Assembly: GCF_000002865.3 (NCBI RefSeq)
Contig: NW_001865080.1
Span: 246,154 to 266,153, forward strand
Direction of reading: 5' to 3'
Source of the DNA: Monosiga brevicollis MX1
Taxonomy: Eukaryota
DNA length: 20,000 nucleotides
The number at the start of each line of letters is the position of its first letter. Within the stretch, counting starts at the first letter, position 1. Position numbers and translations under genes: made by a program. A model generated the notes under the pieces. It was not told the origin of the DNA. It ran no database searches and was given only the letters and a program-made list of their open reading frames with translations. Below are positions 12,201-20,000 of this stretch, piece after piece.

Positions 12201-15200
12201 CCAATAGGAAGCATGAGCCGGAGAGCAAGGACTTGCACCGGTTCAACGGCAATTGTCACTACTGCAAGGGCTATGGCCACAAGAAAGCAGACTGTGAGGC
12301 TTGGCGGTCGGCCAAGCACAAGGAGCATGGATCCAAGGGCGGCAACAGCAGCAAGAACAGCCATGATCAGGCACATGCCTATACATCTGTTTTGCAGGGG
12401 CCTGAGGAGGCAAATTTTCATCTGCGTGCGGACCAAGGCATGGCTATCGTGGACTCGGGTGCCAGCAGCCACTTCCTTAACGATGAACGTTTGTTTGAGA
12501 CCATGATGATCCACAAGGTGCCCATTGAATCGGGCGGGACCACGGTATTGTCCCAAGGTGTTGGCACTGCGCGCATGTTTGTTGATGGCGTGGATGGTTC
12601 GCGTGTGCAAGTTGTGCTGCGCGATGCCCTGTATGTGCCTAGTTTTAAGCGCAACTTGGTTTCTACCCGTCAGCTGGGTGAAGCCGGAACGGACGTCAAG
12701 ATGCCGGATTACAAGACCATCGTCATGAAGCAGGGCGGTGCCGTCTGGAAGGCAGAGTGCAATCGCAATGGGCTTGCTCTGTACTCGTTTACTTACACGC
12801 TGGTTCCCAACATGGCTTTTGATGCCATGGTGGAGATGCATCGTCGCCTGGGCCATCCGCCTGCAGATGCAATGCGTGCTATGCTGCGCAATGAGGATTT
12901 GGATATGCAGCAATTGTCGGGCAAGATTGCCGACTGCGAACAGTGCCATCTTTTCAAGGCCAAGATGGCGACCATCCCCAAGAAGGCCCACCCGAGGACG
13001 CCGCGCCGACCTGGAGACCTGATTGTCTCGGACATGTTTGGGCCCATTTCAACACCTTCGCTGTATGGTGACAAGTATATCATCGCCTACAAGGATGTGG
13101 CCACGGGTTATTTGTTCCTGGACCCGGTCAAGAGCAAGGACGAGCTCACTTCCAGTTTTGAGCGTCTGTTGCGTGATTCCCCTATCCCTATTAGGATCAA
13201 GGAGGCTGATGTGGCTCGTCGGTCAATTTTTCAAAGCGACAATGATGGCGCTTACTGCAGCACGCGGTTTCGAACCAAGCTCAAGGAGCTTGGGATTTCA
13301 TGGCGTGTCTCCCCGCCTCGCACACCGCAGATGAATGGAGCGATTGAGAACGCGTTCCGTGAGATTCGTGACATGGTTGGCCTGCTCCTAGCCGACAGCA
13401 AGCTGCCCCAGGGCTATTGGGGCTTCGCCGCCAAGCACGCCGAGTACTTGATCAACATCAAGGTCAAGGGCGTGTACAACAACATGTCGGCCTATCAACT
13501 GCTGCATGGTAAAAACCCGCATGCGCTACTCGATTTGCACTCGTTTGGTGCAGATGCATACGTGTGTGACAAGGACCACCGCAGGTCAAAGTTTGGTCCA
13601 AAGGCCCGCAAAGGGGTCTACGTGGGATTTTCCCCTGCCAAATTGGCGCACAAAGTCTACATGCTGGACACCAGGCGCATGATCGAGACGGTACACCTGA
13701 AGCTTTGCCCCCATGCTCGTGATGAGGGGGAGAATGTGGATTTGCCATCACTCGCCTCGATGCAGACCTGGAAGCATGATGAAGATGACTCGCAAGACGA
13801 AGGACCGCAAGAAGATGATGAAGACACAAGCACGGAGACTGAAGATGTGCTGGAGGCAGATGACCAGGAGACTGACACTCCATTTGCCTCGCCAAATTCG
13901 AGTCCAGCAATGAGCGACGATGAAACCATGGTAGCCCCGCTTGTGAATGCTGAGGTTGGCTCACCCGCTGCACCACTGGCGTCAAATTCCCCAGGCATTG
14001 GTGGGCGAGTTGCCCAGCGACGCTCTGCCTCGGGTGGTCGCAACAAGGCAATTCAACCCAGCCTGAACGTCAACGAATTGGCCAGCAATGCCGGACAAGC
14101 TCAGGCAAACCCGAGCTTTCAGAGTCATCGAGCTGAAGTATGCTACAGCACAACTGGTATGCCGCAGACAGTAGCGGAAGCCTTGACTCGCCCAGATGCC
14201 GCAGCATGGCAGCGCGCTCTGGACGATGAGATTGCTTCGTTTCAGGAACATCAAGTCATGACTGGACTTGACCAGAAGCCCAACGCTGCATTGCTCGATC
14301 TGCGAGTGGTATTCGACATCAAGCAAGATGGCCGCTACAAGGCCAGGATCGTTGCCAAAGGTTTCAAGCAGCGTGAAGGCATCAATTACGATGAAACGTA
14401 TTCGCCGACGGTAAACATGACGACCGTCCGCACATTGATGGCGCTTGCTACTTACCAGCATTACCATGTGCATCAGGTGGATGTCAAGACGGCGTTCTTG
14501 CACGCGCCACTTGATGAGGACATCTACATCCGAGTCCCTCGTGGTCTGGAGGCTGGACTCGGTGGCTGTGAGTATGCCAAGCTCAACAAGGCAGTGTATG
14601 GCCTGAAGCAGGCATCCCGTGCCTGGTATCTCGAACTTGATAAGTATTTGCGTGACATCATGCAATGTCGTCGACTGCGACAGGATGAGTGCGTCTACGT
14701 CTACAAGGAGGACACGGACATTGTATGGGCTTTGGCCTATGTTGATGACATTTTGCTTGTTGGCAGCACAGAAGGCATCATCAGGAATTTCAAGCGCAAG
14801 CTCAAGGGCAAATTCGAGACCAAGGACTTNNNNNNNNNNNNNNNNNNNNNNNNNNNNNNNNNNNNNNNNNNNNNNNNNNGGCCAGATCAAGAACTTTCTC
14901 AACATGGAGTTTGCCATTACCCAGGACTCGATCACGATCAAGCAGACGGCCTTCATCGAGAGCATCCTGAAGGAGTCAACATGGACTCGTGCAAGCCAAT
15001 GACCACACCATGGACAACCGGTGTGAAGCTGGAGCGTGTGACCAAGACTGAGGGCGACTTTCCTTATCGCCAACTGATGGGCAAGCTGAATTATCTTGCA
15101 ACTCACACACGCCCTGACATTGCTGCAACTGTGAGTCTTCTGAGTGCTCACAATCAGTGTTTTGATGAGACTCATTGGCAGGCAGCCAAGCGCCTGCTGC

Positions 15201-17918
15201 GCTACCTCAAGGGTACCAAGGATTTGGGTATTCGCTTCGAGGATACACAGGAGCTGCAACTTGCAGTCTACACCGATGCAAGCTTTGCTCAAGAGCATGA
15301 CAAGAAGTCTCGTGAAGGTTGTGCCATTTTTCTGTGCAATGGCCCCATTTACTGGCGTTCGAAGCGCCAGACCACGACTGCGACTTCGACTGCAGAGGCT
15401 GAGTACATGGCTGCACACAGTGGTGCTGCCAAGGGTGTTGTGCTGCGTGAACTGATCAACGAGTTGCTCATTTTGCCTGAACTCAAGCCACTTGTTTACT
15501 GTGACAACCAGCCTGCTATTGCCAACGTGATCAATGGCAATGCCCAGCGCGGACAACACCACACGCTGATCAAGTTTTATGCTCTGCGCGAGATGTACGA
15601 GCGTAACCAGGTTGACATTGTTTATTGTCCGACCGACGACATGACGGCTGATGTTCTGACCAAGCCGTTACCCCGCGATGCTCATGAACGCCATATGCGT
15701 AAGTTATGCTTCTCTGCTTGAGGGGGAGTATTGGAGTGCAAGCATCGACCACCTGCCAGATCCCTCTGGAAGGATTGCATCAATGTACTTGACGATGTGC
15801 AGCTGCCGCCGCCCGTCGAGGAACCCTCTCGTACACTCTGGGTGTGTTTAGCCACCAGATTATAAGTACGGTCCCGCTGACCGTGAGTGGCATTTTCTTT
15901 TGGATATTTCCCTTCCTGTTTTCTATCGTTCTCTCCTGTGAGAGAAGTGCAATTGAACCGCTTTACTGTCTCAGCTCAAATCGTCTTTCAATAGGCAGTA
16001 CACCACTCCACCTTGCCTGCAGTCAGGATGCTGTGAAGATGCTATTAACGCACGGAGCTGATACCAAAGCCAAGGACGCGGTCAGAACCATTTGTTGCGC
16101 CTCTCGTTTCTTCTTCCACATCAACCCGTTCTACACGAGGTGCTTGTCTAACAACTAATATTGGCATCTTATCCTTTCATCCTGGACTCCGGGAATTCTG
16201 CAATCACCTATTGTGGTGATTGTGGCAATGATGGCGGTGGTGGTGACGAATCAAGCGATAGGTTGGCAACACACCGCTGCACGAAGCGTGCAGGCAGGGC
16301 AATGTGAAGGTCGCTGGGATGTTGCTGGAACACGGGGCAGATGCTGAAGTCAAGGACAAGGTCAGTGCCAATTGCCTTCCCCTTCGTTCTTATCCGCGCT
16401 CCTCGTTCTCCCTTCTTGGTCTACATGAGGACTCCAACTGACATTAATATCCTGTCATGTGGGACCTGATGCTGCTGCAAACACGTGCGTGGTGTTGACG
16501 AATCGACGCACAGCGTGGCAATACACCACTCCAAAATGCGTGCACAAAGGGTGATGTGAAGGTGATGAAGGTGTTGTTGGAGCATGGCGCAGCTACTGAA
16601 GGCAGGGACGAGGTCAGACCCACTTCTTGCTCGTTCCCAACATCTACCTCTTTCCCCGTTCTTTCTCTTTTTTGGTCTACTGTGGGTGCTTGTACTTCAG
16701 GTGATAACAGATTAATCCCATCGTGCTGCCATGGTGTATGGCTTGTGGGGGTTACTCCACTTCTTAGAAAGACATGGCTCCACTCTTCTCGGCCTGTTGG
16801 AACAATCATGTCGAGGCTGTGAAGTTGCTGCTGAAGCATGGTGCTGATATTAAAGCCACGAACAATGTCAGTGCCATTCTTCTTTTTCTTTATCGCGCTT
16901 ATGGCTTTTTTTAACACCGTCAAGGATTTTCTTCCAACTCCTCTATTTGCGCACACGCCTTTCGGGGGGCCTCTTTAAGCCCAGCCGCACCCCCATCCGT
17001 ACTTTGTTGATTTTTTTCGTGAAGCCTTTGACTTGCAGCTCTTTACGCCCGAGTTTGTTTTTTCCCTGTCCTGCATGCTTGCTCGTGTATCCTACTTTGT
17101 ATTTGCTTGTTCTTCTTGGCACGATTGCGTTGTGACTTCATGAACCTGTTTGAATACAGCCCCGCCTTGACTACATCAACCTTGCATGGCTAGTCTTCAC
17201 ACGACTCTGTTGCTTGGTCATTTGTGCCTGCTTTCACAGCGCGGATTGACAGCTTTTCATGTGGCTTGTTTTCATGGCCTTGAGCGCATTGTGACCATGC
17301 TTCTCGAGCACGGCGCGGATGTTGACGCGCTGAATGCGGTCAGACTTTTGGAGGCCTGGCTTGTGCTCGTGTCCCATGTTTGCATGTTGTTTCCTGCTGT
17401 CGCATTTCTCAACGACGCTGCTCTAACTGATTTGAACTTTTCTTTGGGCTTGCTCTTCTTGCAATGGTGCTTGTGTGTTGCATGCGGTTCCTATTTGTAC
17501 ATTGGTATTGTAGGACGGAGAAAGTCCACTTGATAGCATTCTCGAGGTTTATGAGGTCAATCCAGATGTAAGAAATTTGCGAAAGAGGTATCGTGGTCTC
17601 TCGTACCTCTCATGACCTGTTTGCACGCACTCCCAAAACAGCTGGTTCTTCGGCTGCTTCGCGCCAGTCATCGGCCCAGGACTTATCAGAGCTCAATACC
17701 AGAAGGTGAGATGACCATGCTCAAAATGCGTGCCTTTGTATTACTGACAAAAGTCCTTGGCGGCTCTAGTTCAAGCTTTAGTCCTGGCTGAGCAGAAGAG
17801 ATGCTGCAATGCTGCAAGCGCAGTACTCTTTGGCGTTGGCTGGCGCGTGGCGCCCACAATTTTTGAAATGAATGCGTTTAATGACCTGAAGTTCCTTCTT
17901 GGCGAATTGCAAGGTTAA
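6237..17918 (+). CDS. Large ankyrin-repeat protein B, ~856 aa if the transposon is removed: N-cap + 22 repeats + C-terminal tail, 26 exons; interrupted by a copia element
   Basis: N-cap exon 6237-6365. Repeat exons 6491-6589, 6742-6840, 6978-7076, 7247-7345, 7555-7653, 7782-7880, 8025-8123, 8301-8399, 8544-8642, 8822-8920, 9086-9184, 9345-9443, 9652-9750, 9901-9999, 10157-10258, 10420-10521, 10722-10820, [11002-11009 + 15999-16080], 16262-16360, 16514-16612, 16768-16866, 17240-17338. Tail exons 17514-17567, 17642-17705, 17770-17918 (TAA). Consensus xGxTPLHxA(C/S)xxGHxxVVxxLLxHGADxxAxDx. I found no stops or frameshifts apart from the insertion. Confidence 0.88.
11005..11009 (+). repeat. Target-site duplication GGCAG (second copy 15994-15998)
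   Basis: Removing the element plus one GGCAG restores TGT GGC AGT ACA CCA CTC CAC = CGSTPLH, an ankyrin exon start following the acceptor ..CTACAG at 11001. Confidence 0.95.
11010..11274 (+). repeat. 5' LTR (265 bp)
   Basis: TATTGGAGTGC...CTTTCAATA. Identical by eye to 15729-15993. Terminal inverted repeat TATTG/CAATA. TATAA at 11142-11146. Confidence 0.96.
11275..11285 (+). promoter_or_regulatory. Primer-binding site, half-tRNA(iMet) type
   Basis: GGTTATGGGCC directly abuts the 5' LTR. It resembles the GGTTATGGGCCC-type PBS of Drosophila copia-like elements primed by a cleaved initiator tRNA fragment, rather than a TGG-start PBS. Confidence 0.85.
11390..15721 (+). CDS. gag-pol: Copia Gag-Pol polyprotein
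   Basis: Zinc knuckle CHYCKGYGHKKADC (12254-12295). Protease IVDSGASSH (~12450). Integrase HRRLGH..CEQC, SDMFGP, QSDNDG, NGAIE and KARKGVYVGF. RT YKARIVAKGF, VDVKTAFLH, YGLKQ and YVDDIL (~14738). RNase H YTDASF, AEY, CDNQ and ADVLTKPL. Spans an N gap and an apparent 1-nt frameshift near 14976. Confidence 0.96.
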   Translation: MALEELPEIVKSIRRQSERWPQYDGHDTMKLIELREVINAVCDSYDVPYLPELKSLEEEDLQAAAIEEKHGPGPKDNVKKLKEINSVIIVALSTCLTGTARLVLSGLRKEIKSGHGRGMILHDWIDRTDIDLEALESVFAQAEADLVTTKLQSQHDLSNYRRKIDLTVSTLRMSSRFVEEDTVKKLVSNLPTQARVYVEDKMETMDDSKKKMVTFWTILKRAVMCMPDVPMEREEAYYAQGGRGRGGRQRYAGQGNYGRGRGKHGVRRGGSNRKHEPESKDLHRFNGNCHYCKGYGHKKADCEAWRSAKHKEHGSKGGNSSKNSHDQAHAYTSVLQGPEEANFHLRADQGMAIVDSGASSHFLNDERLFETMMIHKVPIESGGTTVLSQGVGTARMFVDGVDGSRVQVVLRDALYVPSFKRNLVSTRQLGEAGTDVKMPDYKTIVMKQGGAVWKAECNRNGLALYSFTYTLVPNMAFDAMVEMHRRLGHPPADAMRAMLRNEDLDMQQLSGKIADCEQCHLFKAKMATIPKKAHPRTPRRPGDLIVSDMFGPISTPSLYGDKYIIAYKDVATGYLFLDPVKSKDELTSSFERLLRDSPIPIRIKEADVARRSIFQSDNDGAYCSTRFRTKLKELGISWRVSPPRTPQMNGAIENAFREIRDMVGLLLADSKLPQGYWGFAAKHAEYLINIKVKGVYNNMSAYQLLHGKNPHALLDLHSFGADAYVCDKDHRRSKFGPKARKGVYVGFSPAKLAHKVYMLDTRRMIETVHLKLCPHARDEGENVDLPSLASMQTWKHDEDDSQDEGPQEDDEDTSTETEDVLEADDQETDTPFASPNSSPAMSDDETMVAPLVNAEVGSPAAPLASNSPGIGGRVAQRRSASGGRNKAIQPSLNVNELASNAGQAQANPSFQSHRAEVCYSTTGMPQTVAEALTRPDAAAWQRALDDEIASFQEHQVMTGLDQKPNAALLDLRVVFDIKQDGRYKARIVAKGFKQREGINYDETYSPTVNMTTVRTLMALATYQHYHVHQVDVKTAFLHAPLDEDIYIRVPRGLEAGLGGCEYAKLNKAVYGLKQASRAWYLELDKYLRDIMQCRRLRQDECVYVYKEDTDIVWALAYVDDILLVGSTEGIIRNFKRKLKGKFETKDXXXXXXXXXXXXXXXXXXPDQELSQHGVCHYPGLDHDQADGLHREHPEGVNMDSCKPMTTPWTTGVKLERVTKTEGDFPYRQLMGKLNYLATHTRPDIAATVSLLSAHNQCFDETHWQAAKRLLRYLKGTKDLGIRFEDTQELQLAVYTDASFAQEHDKKSREGCAIFLCNGPIYWRSKRQTTTATSTAEAEYMAAHSGAAKGVVLRELINELLILPELKPLVYCDNQPAIANVINGNAQRGQHHTLIKFYALREMYERNQVDIVYCPTDDMTADVLTKPLPRDAHERHMRKLCFSA
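14830..14879. other. Assembly gap (50 N)
   Basis: Run of N inside the RT domain. The flanks read KD-L / G-QIKNFL, so the true gap is probably about 1 nt. Confidence 0.99.
15720..15728 (+). promoter_or_regulatory. Polypurine tract
   Basis: GAGGGGGAG immediately before the 3' LTR, overlapping the pol stop codon (TGA 15719-15721). Confidence 0.88.
15729..15993 (+). repeat. 3' LTR (265 bp)
   Basis: Same sequence as the 5' LTR. Preceded by the PPT and followed by the TSD GGCAG. Confidence 0.96.
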
Positions 17919-19139
17919 ACCCGAGCGATGACTTACAAGCATCTCCTGAACCCGTCACGCACGACTCTTAATGAGACGCTAGAAGTTATACAGAGCATTA
18001 ATGCGTTTTTTCATTGCGTATGTGGCCGGGTCTTGTTCTGCGATCCTCGCGTGATGTCTTGTCATCACCAAACGCTTCATCGTTGACAGACTCTCGATGC
18101 CGCTCTGCTGTTCATTTCTCAATTGACGCGTGCTAGACTTTTCGCTGATTCTTGAAAAAAAAATTACCTAGACACTGTAGTACTGGGCAGTGGCCGGGCC
18201 ACTGCGAGGGTAACAACGGAGGATGCAGCTCCATGAGCATAGAAACTAGCATGGCGCGAATGAGGGCGGCAGCGAATGAACAAGCTGCTCCATATCGCGA
18301 AACGCGAAGAACGGGGCAAGCAAAAGGTCGAGCTATGAATCGTCTTTCGAGTAACAGACTATGCAGCCATGTTCAGACCGCGCATAAAATGCCTGATACC
18401 GATGCACCGGTACGTCAGAAGACGCGCACAGGGGTGCCAAAGCGTCGGATTAACCTCTAGTGACAGCACAGCATCGTCGCGGCCCAAGTGTGTACGGTCA
18501 ACATGGTTGCTTTGTAAGCTCTGCGATGATAATGTGGCAATGCCTCGTCATCTGTGGCAGCGTCCCTCATCATCTGCTCAAAAGCCAGCACAGACGGTTC
18601 AATCAAGAGAGCATAGATCGTGAAACGGCACTCCCGCGTTCACTGCAGTCTGAGGACACAACAATGGATACTGATGCGGGGCTTGCGCCGTTCACATTTG
18701 ACGGCGTGGGTGGTCGTTTTTGCCATTTCTGCGACACCATCGAAATTACATCGCCTAAATATAGATTACACAAGTCTGGACGAAGAGAAAGTGGTCAACT
18801 CTTTGGCAAGGTGGTCATGCATTTTTTTGAGTCAACTGTGGGGTCTTTGATGCTGTCACCACGTTTTTTTTTTTGTTTTTTTTTTTTTTCATTCACGTGG
18901 CACCAGTGCTCTCACTGTACTTGCGAGCTCCCGGCCTTGGTCTGCAACTACCGTCATATCCATCGGAGGTGAGAAGATCAACTCTTTTGTCCGAAGGCGA
19001 GAGGCAGCGGTGTGGCTGATCGACTGCCTTTTTTCTGACTCGCGCACTTGAGACTCATATTTGTGTTGAAGTCCCTATCGGTTGGTGTTTGAGTTTGAGT
19101 AGTGAGATTCATAGCAGAGGGGGAAGAAGACCAATTGCC

Positions 19140-19978
19140 ATGAGTTCGGATGATGGAAAACAGCTGTACGAGGCGTGTAAATCATGTGAATCACGAAAGG
19201 CGCTGCGGCTACTGAACAGTTGGGATCCTCAACGCATTCGATCCGCTGCCACTTGCACTGGTGATTGGGTACGTATGGCGGTTGATAGCCTTGTGTCGAG
19301 TGGGTCACTTTTGCTTCGAATGTGGTGGACAGATCTTCACGGTGATAGTCATGGTGTAACCTGAAACGCATGCTGATGCACCTGTATGTACTCCACGCTC
19401 AGCCCCACTTTACACCATTACACCATGCCTGCGATAAAGGTCTCGTGGAGGTGGTGGAAATACTGCTGAAGCATGGCGTTGATGCTGACGCCAAAACCGC
19501 GGTGAGCATCTCTTTTTCCCACCTGAGTTGATGTTTACTCTTCCTCTTCCTCTTGATTCAAATGTAAGGGCCAATGGCGATAAAACTCATGGTCTTGCAT
19601 CAACCCGCAGAATGGCATAACGCCACTATTCTTGGCCTGCGGTCAGAGCAGTCGTGTCAAGTTGGTGAAAATGCTGTTGGAGTTTGGCGTTGATGCAAAA
19701 GCCAAGGTCATTGCTTTCCCCCTTCTTTCCTTATGGCTGTTCTTTGATGTTTATCGCTTTCTCTCGCTTTTCTTTTCCGTCTCCATTTTTTTTGCACCGA
19801 ACATAAAAAGGATCATCTTGTTATTGAATTCACGTGGTGATGCTGTGCCTGGATGTCATGGTGGTGCATCAACCCACAGTGTTGGACAACAGCACTGCAC
19901 CGTGCCTGCTTTAACGGTCATGTCAAAGTGACGGAGATGTTGTTGGAGCTTGACGTTGATGTTGAAGCCCAGGACGAA
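19140..19978 (+). CDS. Ankyrin-repeat protein C, 5' part (continues beyond the window)
   Basis: Exons 19140-19268 (MSSDDGKQLYEACKSCESRKALRLLNSWDPQRIRSAATCTGDW, homologous to the first exons of A and B), 19403-19501, 19611-19706 and 19880-19978. All phase 0 with ankyrin motifs (TPLHHAC, TPLFLAC, TALHRAC..GH). Confidence 0.85.
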
Positions 19979-20000
19979 GTGAGCGCCTCGTCTTTCCGCC

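Larger units (their letters stand above)
11010..15993 (+). mobile_element. Full-length Ty1/copia (Pseudoviridae) LTR retrotransposon
   Basis: Two 265-bp LTRs, 5-bp TSD GGCAG (11005-11009, 15994-15998), PBS after the 5' LTR, PPT before the 3' LTR, and a single gag-pol with the copia domain order PR-IN-RT-RH. Confidence 0.98.

Noticed and set aside
11306..15562. Long minus-strand ORFs (413 aa, 526 aa and others) within the retrotransposon
   Set aside because: Antisense shadows of the codon-biased gag-pol, with no recognisable motifs.
15993..15998. New AG acceptors at the LTR/TSD junction (CAATAG, GGCAG) as a clean way to splice out the element
   Set aside because: They would remove 4 or 8 nt of the exon, and both shift the frame.
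18152..18972. ORFs and possible exon fragments between genes B and C
   Set aside because: No recognisable domain or consistent splice model; the ORF runs through a poly-T tract.

Overview
Intron-rich eukaryotic DNA, not prokaryotic; the style suggests a unicellular holozoan such as a choanoflagellate, but that is unverified inference. The six-frame ORF track is mostly misleading because the real genes are built from small exons. From GT-AG boundaries I reconstructed: (1) a ~354-aa signal-peptide protein with receptor-L-domain-like leucine-rich repeats, each 24-aa repeat on its own 72-nt phase-0 exon (246-2218); (2) a tandem cluster of three paralogous ankyrin-repeat genes (3241-5036; 6237-17918; 19140->20000) that share an N-terminal cap exon and carry each repeat on its own phase-0 exon, usually 99 nt (4, 22 and >=3 repeats); (3) a young full-length Ty1/copia LTR retrotransposon (11010-15993) inserted inside repeat exon 18 of the large ankyrin gene, with identical 265-bp LTRs, non-canonical TA...TA ends, a GGCAG target-site duplication and a half-tRNA-type PBS. 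The best candidate for an undescribed system is the modular one-repeat-per-exon cassette array: variation concentrates at ankyrin binding-face positions, and duplication, loss or skipping of any exon preserves the reading frame.
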